Origin: an uncultured Candidatus Saccharibacteria bacterium | GTDB lineage: Bacteria; Patescibacteriota; UBA1384; 2-12-FULL-50-11 | NCBI GenBank assembly: GCA_964599405.1 | Contig: CAZRED010000001.1 | Coordinates: forward strand, 11,528-75,527 | Direction: 5' to 3' | DNA length: 64,000 nucleotides | Part shown: positions 36,984 to 46,053 of the stretch, piece by piece | Layout of the letters: the number at the start of each line of letters is the position of its first letter | Position numbering within the stretch: position 1 is the first letter of the stretch | Notes under the pieces: generated by a model | Database searches by the model: none | What the model was told of the DNA's origin: nothing | Seen by the model: the letters and a program-made list of their open reading frames with translations, nothing else | Position numbers and translations under genes: made by a program

Positions 36984-37676
36984 TTAGTTAACTGTTCCGA
37001 CAACGGTCCACTGGAGCGGCATCATCAGCCCCGTCCAATGAACCGTATCCGCTCCCCCGTTACCGTTAGGCTGCTCGTAGTAGCTAAACCCGTACGCTCC
37101 AGTCGTTGCGATGCAATCACCGAGAAAGTTTTCTAGCACCCCGAAGAAACAACTTGCAGCACCGCCCGAGTATCCTTGTGGGCCCTCAAAGTATACCGAG
37201 CTTGACGGAGCGCTTTTTAACATTATATCCAGTCCGGTGTTGGTATGAGAGCCATTAGTAAAACACATGTGACCAAGAAGCCAGAGTGACCGTTCATACC
37301 CGTTAGTTCTGCAGAATGGCTCTCCAAACTCCGAGTGATTCGTCAGCTTCGCCGAAGTCGGGTCCGGACCAGTCCAGGTTTCTGTAAAAGTCGGTCCGTT
37401 GGTAAAAGATCCGTTAACAACCCATTTATAGACACCAATCGCAATTGAGTTAGCACGAACGTTGGTGCTTCGATTACGCATTTCCAATTGGTAGAGCTCG
37501 GTTGCCTCCCAGTGTGTCGTGTATCCTCCTGTCACTTGAGCACCGGTTTTTGGCGGGGTTTGGCCAAGATTAAAGAAAGCCAACCCTGCTGCAGCTAAAA
37601 CCAGGCCGGCAACAGTTAGAAATACTTTTCCCCTCATCATTTTTACCAGCATCACTGTTTGGGAAAAATTTGTCAA
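36984..37676 (-). CDS. secreted Cys-containing hypothetical protein
   Basis: N-terminal hydrophobic anchor/signal; no known domain. Confidence 0.45.
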   Translation of the reverse strand: MTNFSQTVMLVKMMRGKVFLTVAGLVLAAAGLAFFNLGQTPPKTGAQVTGGYTTHWEATELYQLEMRNRSTNVRANSIAIGVYKWVVNGSFTNGPTFTETWTGPDPTSAKLTNHSEFGEPFCRTNGYERSLWLLGHMCFTNGSHTNTGLDIMLKSAPSSSVYFEGPQGYSGGAASCFFGVLENFLGDCIATTGAYGFSYYEQPNGNGGADTVHWTGLMMPLQWTVVGTVN

Positions 37677-37725
37677 CAGCGGCTTTTTTCTCCCCGTTAA
37701 TTATCGTATAATTGCTAAAGTACTT

Positions 37726-37799
37726 GGTCCCATCGTCTAGTGGCCTAGGACGCCTGGTTTTCATCCAGGAAATCACGGGTTCGACTCCCGTTGGGACCG
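37726..37799 (+). tRNA. tRNA-Glu (TTC)
   Basis: Acceptor GGTCCCA/TGGGACC, anticodon stem CCTGG/CCAGG loop TTTTCAT, T-loop GGTTCGACTCC. Confidence 0.85.
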
Positions 37800-37804
37800 C
37801 TCGT

Positions 37805-37836
37805 CAAATATACCCGCATTTTTGCGGGTATATTTG
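37805..37836. repeat. perfect 13-bp inverted repeat hairpin immediately after tRNA-Glu
   Basis: CAAATATACCCGC-ATTTTT-GCGGGTATATTTG. Confidence 0.7.
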
Positions 37837-37932
37837 GTGAACAGTGCCGGGATAGAACCCGTTTGCGTTAGCAAAACGGGTGCGACTGCGACTGAGTGAA
37901 GCGAAGGAGAAGCAGGCGGCCGAAGGCCGACT

Positions 37933-37950
37933 ACTCCCGCTGGGACCGCC
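37933..37950 (+). repeat. direct repeat of tRNA-Glu 3' end (att-like)
   Basis: ACTCCCGCTGGGACCGCC vs tRNA 3' ACTCCCGTTGGGACCGC (37783-37799). Confidence 0.55.
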
Positions 37951-38017
37951 AACCTTCGCTGAAGCTACGGCTGGCGAGCAGATTGCAAGTACGGGTTAAC
38001 TTCGGCAAGATAAGAAT

Positions 38018-38704
38018 ATGAGGAGAGGCTTCACCCTTATCAGGCGAAAAGCGAAACGCAGAGCGTTTACGCTTATTGAAGTACTGACAACTATCGTCAT
38101 TTTCGGAATTCTAATTTCGATTACCGGCTACGTTTACGGTGTGTCATTGGCCCGCTCCCGGGATAATCAACGGCTAGTTGACGTGGCGACGATCAAAAAC
38201 GCCCTGGAGCAGTACTACTTAGACGAACGCTCCTACCCGCAAAATAGTTTTTATACAAACCCAGGCCGGCCATGGGTGGCAAAATACGAATTGGAACGCT
38301 ACAAAACCGATGGTTGCGACAATGTAGACCCAGGCAAGACTAAATACTTGGCGCCCACCTACATAACTTCGTTACCGGAAGACCCTCGCTACCAAATGGT
38401 GTTGAATACTTCGTGCGACCTGGCTACCCCGCCCACCCCCGTCGGCTACGGACAGTATCTCTATGTCAGTCTGGTTGCAGACGAAACAGAGCTCAAACCC
38501 AAAGAATACTACCTGATGGCGCGGCTAGAACGGGTTACTCATGTTTCCGATGAGATACCGACGGTTGGCAACATATATGACTTCACTCTTAATGAAATAT
38601 TCCCGACAAATAACCCCTGGGGATACAATTACTGCGCCGGTGTTGATTCAACTGTTGCCACCTGTAGCTACAATTACTACGTGAAGAATAGTAATAATGA
38701 CTAA
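38018..38704 (+). CDS. type IV pilin-like / pseudopilin protein
   Basis: Prepilin leader and N-methylation motif KRRAFTLIEVLTTIVIFGILISI. Confidence 0.75.
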   Translation: MRRGFTLIRRKAKRRAFTLIEVLTTIVIFGILISITGYVYGVSLARSRDNQRLVDVATIKNALEQYYLDERSYPQNSFYTNPGRPWVAKYELERYKTDGCDNVDPGKTKYLAPTYITSLPEDPRYQMVLNTSCDLATPPTPVGYGQYLYVSLVADETELKPKEYYLMARLERVTHVSDEIPTVGNIYDFTLNEIFPTNNPWGYNYCAGVDSTVATCSYNYYVKNSNND

Positions 38705-38731
38705 CCCTTCGACTACGCTCAGGGCAAGCGA

Positions 38732-40249
38732 CTAGTTTTCGCTATCGCGCTTAATTCCCGATTCTACAGCGATCTTCTTGGTGACATTAAATACGGTAAA
38801 TGGTTTATTCATTAGTAGCCGGGTTTGCGAATCGATGGCCGGTACGGCTGAAAAGAAAATGCCGCTGATTGGCAAAATAATCGGTGCCAAAAGCCATTCT
38901 TTCACCATCGTCAATAGGTAAACCGACTGGCTGCCCGGACGCGGTGGAACTAGCAGGGTAGCCACTAACATATTGGCGATCATGCCGAGCCAAGCGGTGT
39001 AGAAAAACGTCCGGTAGACAATCGGAAAGCTGTAACCGGTGACCGAGTCGCGAAAGACCGGGTCAATAAGGATCGGCAACCAACCAATCAATAGCACGAA
39101 CGACTGGGTGGAAAGAGAGTAGTGCGACTCAAACAGGCGCAGGAACTGCAGCCACTTGTAGAAAAAGGGGATTTTACCGTTGCCGTAGGAGTGCTCAAAG
39201 ACAAACGGCACGTCCGAAACCCCCCAAAACCAGCGGCGACGCTGGAGATACTGCTCGCGAAAAGTATCAAGCAGATTGTCGCCCTGGACGGCATCCATGT
39301 AGACCGGCACGAAAATCGGCACGACGTGGTGATTACCATCAAACTTAAAGTACGACCGCCAATACTGGTGGCCATCCTCAACGATAGTAGTGACCGACCA
39401 AAAATCCGTTTCTACTAACGCTGCCAGGCTTTGAGCGTGAGCCGAGAAATTGCGCGAATAGTGCGGCCGCATCGCTTGGATGATCTGCCAAAAGCTTGAG
39501 CCCATGGCGGTTAGTTTCACTGGCAACGGAACCTTCCAGATGTTGTTGAAAAACATCGGGATCGGCTGGAAACTTTTGTGAACTGGATCGGGAGTGCGCA
39601 GATAATTCCAGGTGAGATTAGCAAAATAATCGCGGTCAACCCGGTTGTCAGCGTCCAGGGTGGTAACAATCACGTCTTCATACGGAATCACCTGCTTGTC
39701 GATATATTGCAGCGACTGCCGGCCGGCCCAGGTAATGTTTGGCCCTTTGCCGCGGACTTCGCCGGGAATATCGGTCGGGTGATAGGTGACTAAAAAGCCG
39801 CCGAAAGAATTAACGTACTCTTCTTCCAAAATTGGGCCGTATTTTGGCGCCAGCTCCTTGTCGCGCGCCTCGAACGCTACCACGACAATTAATTTGTTTT
39901 TCGGGTAGTTGCTTAAGTGAATAGCGTCCAGGGTGTGACGAATTATCGAAATATCCTCTTTGTAGCTGGGGACAATTGCTAGGTGGTAGAAACGGCTATG
40001 CTCGTCGGGAAATTCCTGACTCAAACGTGAAAACCAATCAATTTCCCGGGCTTGGCGGTAGCGTAAAAAACCCCCGACCAAAAAGTAGGTAATAATAAAC
40101 ACCCGGACTAACCAGTAAATGGCAAATAGCAGCACAATCAGCGTCAACAGTTCGGGATTAACCACTGCCAGAGTGATTAAAAAAACAAAAGTTCCCCAGG
40201 TGGCCAAGCCCGGAATAATTTCCCACAACCGCACTAAAGAAGGCTTCAT
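38732..40249 (-). CDS. polytopic membrane family-2 glycosyltransferase, processive synthase type
   Basis: TLDADNRVD (DxD) and LQRRRW (QxxRW) motifs, multiple N- and C-terminal TM helices. Confidence 0.75.
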   Translation of the reverse strand: MKPSLVRLWEIIPGLATWGTFVFLITLAVVNPELLTLIVLLFAIYWLVRVFIITYFLVGGFLRYRQAREIDWFSRLSQEFPDEHSRFYHLAIVPSYKEDISIIRHTLDAIHLSNYPKNKLIVVVAFEARDKELAPKYGPILEEEYVNSFGGFLVTYHPTDIPGEVRGKGPNITWAGRQSLQYIDKQVIPYEDVIVTTLDADNRVDRDYFANLTWNYLRTPDPVHKSFQPIPMFFNNIWKVPLPVKLTAMGSSFWQIIQAMRPHYSRNFSAHAQSLAALVETDFWSVTTIVEDGHQYWRSYFKFDGNHHVVPIFVPVYMDAVQGDNLLDTFREQYLQRRRWFWGVSDVPFVFEHSYGNGKIPFFYKWLQFLRLFESHYSLSTQSFVLLIGWLPILIDPVFRDSVTGYSFPIVYRTFFYTAWLGMIANMLVATLLVPPRPGSQSVYLLTMVKEWLLAPIILPISGIFFSAVPAIDSQTRLLMNKPFTVFNVTKKIAVESGIKRDSEN

Positions 40250-40546
40250 CTAGACTAGGATACTAATTGACGAAAAGTAATAATAGCCAAAGGTCACGGC
40301 ATTAAGGATGGTCATGACGGCCAAAATCGCCGTCACTAGCCGAGTAATCCCCCCGCGCAGCGAAAAAAGTATTGCTGAATTAATCAGCATTAAGACCGCG
40401 ACCATCAGGTAAGTCCCCCATTCCCCCTTGCTGGAAATCACAAACAGACCAATCAACAGGAAAAGGCCCAGGTTAAACAGCCAGAATCGGAAATTACGCT
40501 GATCAAGTCCAAAATTGCCGCGCCAAGCCAGAAGAAATCGCTGCCA
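40250..40546 (-). CDS. small membrane protein co-transcribed upstream of the GT2
   Basis: Start set at MWQRFLLAW to avoid 5' overlap with divergent gene. Confidence 0.4.
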   Translation of the reverse strand, partial: WQRFLLAWRGNFGLDQRNFRFWLFNLGLFLLIGLFVISSKGEWGTYLMVAVLMLINSAILFSLRGGITRLVTAILAVMTILNAVTFGYYYFSSISILV

Positions 40547-40658
40547 CATTGACCCGATTGTAGCGGGTTTCAACCTGGGAAAACAGAGGGGGTAATTGAC
40601 TTTCGAACGAAAAAGGGATAGTATTTGAAGTCGCTGGAATCCTCCGGCAGGGAAAGTC

Positions 40659-41015
40659 ATGGAGGAATTGATCATTTTACAGATTGTTTGTTTCGCCAAC
40701 CGCTCACCAGAAGCAATTGTTGATACGCTAAGGTATTTTGCCGAAGCACCCAACAATAAAGAAATGGAAGATCTTTACGCCGGGTTGGGGGAAAGATTGA
40801 AGGATCATCAGACGATGCCAACCTCAAGCTTTGCCACAATTCTTCGCGAAGAAATCACCTCCTTCGTTGAGAAGTCACCGCGCGATCGTCGCTACGCTGA
40901 AGAAACTCTTACGGAAGCGATAGTCCGCGCGCTTATTGGCAACGGCCCGGAGCACGACCAGACTCTCGAGTTTTTTCGGAAAGTTAAGCCGAGGGAGTTA
41001 ACCTCTTGCAACTGA
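40659..41015 (+). CDS. hypothetical cytoplasmic protein
   Basis: 118 aa, no motif. Confidence 0.4.
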   Translation: MEELIILQIVCFANRSPEAIVDTLRYFAEAPNNKEMEDLYAGLGERLKDHQTMPTSSFATILREEITSFVEKSPRDRRYAEETLTEAIVRALIGNGPEHDQTLEFFRKVKPRELTSCN

Positions 41016-41056
41016 CCAACTTTTGTCCGCGCCCAGGTTTTCAACCTGGGCGCTTT

Positions 41057-43114
41057 TCAATTACTTTGAAAATATTTTTGTAAGCGACGGCCGCGGATAA
41101 TTAGGGCGCCGGCCAGCAGACCGGCGGCAAACACCAGGCTGTCAGGCAATGACTGATTACTTTGGACACCGGCTACTTTTGTGGAGTCGGTAACTTTTGT
41201 CGCATCAATAGGACGCGACGCGCTCGGAACAGCTGAAGCGACTGGAGCGACATTGCTCGAGCTAACCGATGTACCGCCAGACGATTTAGCGCTTGTGGTT
41301 TTGGCAACGGTTTCAGTTTCTTCGTCCGTTTTTGGCGCGGCCGTAATTAATTTGGCCGTGCCGCCGGCAAACCACGCCTCTACTTGGTCGGTCGAAGAGT
41401 TATCGTCAACCACTGTTCGAACTAAAATGACGTCGCCATTTTGGAATTGGGTTTTTATCCCGTCGAAATGCAGTTTGATCGATCCACTAGAATCGGTGAG
41501 CGTACCGGAGTCGGTGGCCAGTGCAGAAAGGCTGCCGCGCACCAGCGCTGTTTGGCCACGACGATTTTTTGCTTGGGTAATAGCATATTCTTTATCAGTT
41601 ACCGCCGCCGGCGCACCTACAATTATCGTGTTAGCGGCGTCCAGCAGGATTCGCCCAACGGCGCTAGAGCTAATTTTGCCGATGGCCGAAGCGGTCGAAA
41701 AAGTTGTTAACGAATACTCGCCTTTGGATTGGCTTAAAAATAGTTGGATGCCGGCCAAGCCTTCTTCCAAGTAAACTATCTCATCGCCAGCCAGGCCTGG
41801 TAAAACTGTCACGGTTCCCTCTACTTCCACGGCAGTGTTCTCCGGCAAGGCTCGGGCTTCGCCGATGGTCACCAAATGGGTAGCAGCCGTGGGCATAGTA
41901 ACGCGCTGCCAGCTGCGATAGTCGGCAGAGCGATAAACATTCGGGTTGTTTGAAGAATTGCGCAGCACCAGCAGCAAGCCTTGTGGCGTGTCAGCAAAGG
42001 TTTTAATGCGCGAGCTGACCGCCCAGGAGCTGTCCATTTCGCTAAACACCCCGGGGACGCCTTCGTAGAAAGCGCCGCTGCCTTCCGGTAAGTAGGCAAT
42101 TAACCCACTCGCTGAAGAATGTAGCTGATACGTCCCCGTAAGATTGGTTTCAGTCCAGCTGGTAAACGATTTCGAATAGTAAACTTTTGACGCAGTCTGC
42201 AGTATGACTTTTTTATTCTCGTCGGTGCTGTGTAGTACCCCTGGCTCGGGCAAGGCCGCAATTTCCACGTTGGATAGCCGCCAAGCTACTTCAAAAAGCC
42301 CAGTCGCTTTGCGGTAAAAAAGTCGGTCCCCAACTACTTCCAGGGTATCGCCGGGTTGCCAGTCGGAAAATGTGAGGGCGGTGAGCGCTCCGTCATAAAG
42401 ATAAAAATCGCTAGTGGCGCTGGACTGCCACAGCCGCAGCTGCTCGCTGCCGGAGAGATAGTTAACGGCGTTTAATATTTCTACAAACGCCCCGTTTTGG
42501 TAGCGCCAGACAGTATTGTCGCACTGGATTAGTAGCTCCGGCGTTCGGTACTGGGCAGCGGTAGCGCAGCTAAGGCTCCAGCGCGGCGAGGTGGTGGACG
42601 AGCTCAAAAGGTATATGTCAATGCGGCCGTTAGCGATGACGGAAAAAATAACCCCGAGATTTGTTTGGGCAAAGTATTCTTGCGGGTTGGCATAGGGATG
42701 ACTTGGCAAGTTAAAGACGGTTTGGCCAGTACCAGTGAAAAGAACGGCTTGGTCGGTGGTTGCCCCAATTAGCACATTATCAAGCCGCGCCAGGGCGATT
42801 GGTTGCTGGCTGGAAAAACGATCAACAAATCGCAAACCGTCCACAGACGAAATAATTCGGTAGTCGTTGATGCCTATTTCGACGACGTAATAAATTGTGT
42901 CAGCCAACTTTTCGGCAGCACTCACTAATGACTGTTGATGAACCGAGCGCTGCCAAATACCGGGAATGGTTCGGTAGCGAAAAAGTGCTAAATCATCGTC
43001 GACAACTGTGTTGCTGTTAAGGCTGAAAATTGACGAGGCAAAGGCACTGGATAAGGGCAGGAGTAGTAAGGCAACAAGAACGGGGAGTAACTTAAGGAAG
43101 TTTTTTGTCTTCAT
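41057..43114 (-). CDS. large secreted surface protein with C-terminal sorting-signal-like anchor
   Basis: Signal peptide; C-terminus LPDSL + hydrophobic stretch + RGRR. Confidence 0.55.
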   Translation of the reverse strand: MKTKNFLKLLPVLVALLLLPLSSAFASSIFSLNSNTVVDDDLALFRYRTIPGIWQRSVHQQSLVSAAEKLADTIYYVVEIGINDYRIISSVDGLRFVDRFSSQQPIALARLDNVLIGATTDQAVLFTGTGQTVFNLPSHPYANPQEYFAQTNLGVIFSVIANGRIDIYLLSSSTTSPRWSLSCATAAQYRTPELLIQCDNTVWRYQNGAFVEILNAVNYLSGSEQLRLWQSSATSDFYLYDGALTALTFSDWQPGDTLEVVGDRLFYRKATGLFEVAWRLSNVEIAALPEPGVLHSTDENKKVILQTASKVYYSKSFTSWTETNLTGTYQLHSSASGLIAYLPEGSGAFYEGVPGVFSEMDSSWAVSSRIKTFADTPQGLLLVLRNSSNNPNVYRSADYRSWQRVTMPTAATHLVTIGEARALPENTAVEVEGTVTVLPGLAGDEIVYLEEGLAGIQLFLSQSKGEYSLTTFSTASAIGKISSSAVGRILLDAANTIIVGAPAAVTDKEYAITQAKNRRGQTALVRGSLSALATDSGTLTDSSGSIKLHFDGIKTQFQNGDVILVRTVVDDNSSTDQVEAWFAGGTAKLITAAPKTDEETETVAKTTSAKSSGGTSVSSSNVAPVASAVPSASRPIDATKVTDSTKVAGVQSNQSLPDSLVFAAGLLAGALIIRGRRLQKYFQSN

Positions 43115-43691
43115 TCTCGCGATGCAAGTCCAAAATCAGCCGAGCGATGCGGTTGGGGTCGGGCACATCAACAATGGTGAAATAGCCCTGTTTCCCGGGC
43201 TTGTGCGGGTCGTCGCTGGTGCCACCGCCAGCCGTTTCCACTACCAGCACGCCGTAATCAAAGATGCTTCGTAAGAAACCGGCAACATCAGCCGAAACGT
43301 TTTGAACTTGGTTTAAAGATAGCTCTGATGTTTTACGAGCCAGTAAGCCTTCTTGATCAACATTAATAATTCGCTCGGTGGTGATGAAAATAATGTCGTA
43401 GTAAAAATTTATCCAGGCCCCAAACAGAAATGTCAGCAGGAAAACAATATAGCCGGAAAAAAGTACAACAATTAGGCCCCGGAACTGGTCGATAGAGGCG
43501 GTGAAGGCAATATTTAGGCCAAATAGCAAAAACAGCGGCACTAAACCCATGGCCAACACAATCCCAATCATCGGTAGAAAGCCGGCCCAATGGTGGCGAA
43601 TAATCATCTTAATCTCCTCTTTTTCGTGAAGATCCAGATACAGAAACGCTGGGTCGTTGTGGTCTATATTGGTTTGGATAAGGTGTGGCAT
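43092..43691 (-). CDS. bacterial PH-domain (bPH_2/YdbT-like) membrane protein
   Basis: Two TM helices then PH-like domain. Confidence 0.55.
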   Translation of the reverse strand: MPHLIQTNIDHNDPAFLYLDLHEKEEIKMIIRHHWAGFLPMIGIVLAMGLVPLFLLFGLNIAFTASIDQFRGLIVVLFSGYIVFLLTFLFGAWINFYYDIIFITTERIINVDQEGLLARKTSELSLNQVQNVSADVAGFLRSIFDYGVLVVETAGGGTSDDPHKPGKQGYFTIVDVPDPNRIARLILDLHRENEDKKLP

Positions 43692-43882
43692 TAGAGAATT
43701 AGCAAGCTACTTACTACTAAAGTGCCAGCGATTAGCAGGATATGAAACGCCAATATGCCCAACGAGGCGTCGCCCGGCAAGCGGTACTTAAAGACCTGAA
43801 AAAAGTAGAGGAGGTTGATAACGAGCATGATAAACAGAAAGACGGCGTAACCGATTAAGACTGCGTTGGGGACGGTCATCAC
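43691..43882 (-). CDS. small two-TM membrane protein (YdbS-like partner?)
   Basis: 63 aa hydrophobic. Confidence 0.35.
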   Translation of the reverse strand: MMTVPNAVLIGYAVFLFIMLVINLLYFFQVFKYRLPGDASLGILAFHILLIAGTLVVSSLLIL

Positions 43883-43883
43883 T

Positions 43884-45092
43884 TTAGCGAATTATTTTCA
43901 TTGATCGGACGTTACCAAGTGCGTAGCTTCGTCCAGGACCCAGTGGATCGTGCATAAAGTACTTGCCACCTGCTCGACCATATATCACGACAAAGTGATG
44001 GGAGCCGTCCTGATTCCATGGAGCACCAAGACTTGGTATGTAGATGCTGGCGATAATGGGGTGCCCCAAATCAACTTCAGAGTTAACCCTTGACCAGTTA
44101 ACGGGACTGGTGGAAACCGAAGATAAGCCGGTGGGAAGCGGCGGCTGTTTGATTAAAAAACCATTCGAGCTGAAGTTATCGGATGAGTATTGGGCGATGT
44201 CTAACGGCGTCACCCTAGTGCCGTGATAGGTTGAAACCATAGCATATGAGGTAATTAAGCAGCCATATTTAGCAATCGTGCAGTCGTAGCAATTCGGGTT
44301 TGGTTGAACGTAATATTGCGGGTAATCGAGTTGTCGGTAATACCAGCTTGGGTCTTGTACGGACACGATGTCACTACCCCAAGATGCTTGTGCGATCAAT
44401 AAACTTAGTCGCTTCTCTACGTCGGCTATTTTACTTTGGATTTCTGCGCTTAGGTTAGCGTAGCTAGCCGCATCCCTTTTTGCACCAGCAAGTAAGTATG
44501 ATTGTTGAGATTTTTTTGTTGCCAGAGAGGATCGTTCTTCTTCTAGCCCAGCAATAAGCTCTTCTAGGCTCTTTCTTTGCTGCTCTTGGTCGGTTTTAGA
44601 TTGTTGCAAATTACCAATTTCTTTTTGAAGTTGGGTTTGAATTGCTTGGATATATTGCGCTCTGGTGATTGTGTCATTCAACGATGTCTGCAGTATTGTC
44701 TCGCTTGTTGATGCGCGGGAGAGTTCGTACAGGCCGACGTATGCGGAAGATAGTTTTGCTTCAAGCCCGGAAATATCAGAAGAAAGTTGCTGCAATATGG
44801 CGTTAGTAATGGTTATTTGCTGTTCGGTATTATCAATTCTGCCTTCTGTATAGCTGATATCTGATTGGATATCACTGATTAGACCTTGAATATTCTGAGC
44901 CTGTTTCTTACTGGCGTCACGCCTAGCTTCAGCATCTTGTCTTTGCTTTTTTAGATTTAGTAGCTCAGCGTTACAGGTAGAGGTAGAGTTGCACGATTTA
45001 GTATTTTGTGGACTTATAAAAAGTCCCCCTAGCAGTAGCGCAAAGGCTAGAATCACTACAATAGACATGTGCATTGTTTTCTCCCTCACCAT
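43884..45092 (-). CDS. coiled-coil protein with C-terminal C39-like cysteine peptidase domain (PcsB/CwlO/EnvC analogue)
   Basis: N-terminal signal/TM, ~250 aa coiled coil, C-terminal CYDCTIAKYGCLITSYAMVSTYHG papain-like motif; directly downstream of ftsEX. Confidence 0.65.
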   Translation of the reverse strand: MVREKTMHMSIVVILAFALLLGGLFISPQNTKSCNSTSTCNAELLNLKKQRQDAEARRDASKKQAQNIQGLISDIQSDISYTEGRIDNTEQQITITNAILQQLSSDISGLEAKLSSAYVGLYELSRASTSETILQTSLNDTITRAQYIQAIQTQLQKEIGNLQQSKTDQEQQRKSLEELIAGLEEERSSLATKKSQQSYLLAGAKRDAASYANLSAEIQSKIADVEKRLSLLIAQASWGSDIVSVQDPSWYYRQLDYPQYYVQPNPNCYDCTIAKYGCLITSYAMVSTYHGTRVTPLDIAQYSSDNFSSNGFLIKQPPLPTGLSSVSTSPVNWSRVNSEVDLGHPIIASIYIPSLGAPWNQDGSHHFVVIYGRAGGKYFMHDPLGPGRSYALGNVRSMKIIR

Positions 45093-45119
45093 CGAAAAAA
45101 TAATAACAGATTTCGCTTC

Positions 45120-46052
45120 TTATGCACGCAGATATTTTCTAATTGACATTGTGCTAACTAAAATCCCCAAGCCCAAACCAATAACCAGCTGTACCGTTAT
45201 CAGTACTGGTAGGTGGGCAGCAACATAGCTAAACATATCGGTGCCAATTAATGCAAATGCGCCACCAATACTTCCTCCGGCATTAGTTAAAGAAAATATT
45301 TTTGTAACCAACGGCAATGCCAGAGTCGTAATGAAAGTTGCAAAAAACCCATACAGTATCCCCTCAACAATGAATGGCCCCCTAACAAACGAGTTAGAGG
45401 CTCCAACGAAGCGCATTACCTCTATTTCATCCGAACGTGCTGTTATGGTAATTCGGATAATGTTGAAAATGTTGAAGAGGGCGATAATCCCGAAGAATAT
45501 ACTAAGCAACCATCCGGCTTGCTGAAAAGCTTTCGTACCACTAATTATACGATCAATTATTTCCTGATTTCTTTTTAGCGAGAAACAATCATTACAGATA
45601 ATTTTTTCGGAATCCGCCACAACAATTTCCCCCTGTAGTTGCTCCAATCTCTCGACATCGGCTGTTTTTATTTCCAAACTTCGAGGCAATGGATTGAACT
45701 CGGCCGTAATTGGTTCTTTAATATTTTCGTCAATAGGAAATTGCCCGAAAATTTCACGAGCTTTATCTTTACTAACAAAATCGATACTTTGCACGCCGCT
45801 AATATTTTTTATCCTATCGGACAGTGTAGTAATTTTATCATCGGGTACGGCATCGTCACGAAAATAAATTGTTAGACTGATTTTATCTCTAATAACTAAG
45901 GTCGCATCACTAACTACATAGGTGACTAGCAACGAAAAGCTAATCATCATAAGTGTTAAGGTCATAAGTAAGGTTGCTCCGAAGGTTAACCAGCGGTTTC
46001 GCCAAAAGTTGTTTAGACCTAATTTCACTATTCTTAGAAATTGTTCCGACAT
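45120..46052 (-). CDS. ftsX: cell division permease FtsX
   Basis: FtsX topology and motifs. Confidence 0.85.
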   Translation of the reverse strand: MSEQFLRIVKLGLNNFWRNRWLTFGATLLMTLTLMMISFSLLVTYVVSDATLVIRDKISLTIYFRDDAVPDDKITTLSDRIKNISGVQSIDFVSKDKAREIFGQFPIDENIKEPITAEFNPLPRSLEIKTADVERLEQLQGEIVVADSEKIICNDCFSLKRNQEIIDRIISGTKAFQQAGWLLSIFFGIIALFNIFNIIRITITARSDEIEVMRFVGASNSFVRGPFIVEGILYGFFATFITTLALPLVTKIFSLTNAGGSIGGAFALIGTDMFSYVAAHLPVLITVQLVIGLGLGILVSTMSIRKYLRA

Positions 46053-46053
46053 C

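Noticed and set aside
40546-40756. N-terminal 70 aa of ORF 40250-40756
   Set aside because: Would overlap the 5' end of the divergent gene 40659-41015 by 98 nt; an internal Met start gives a cleaner arrangement
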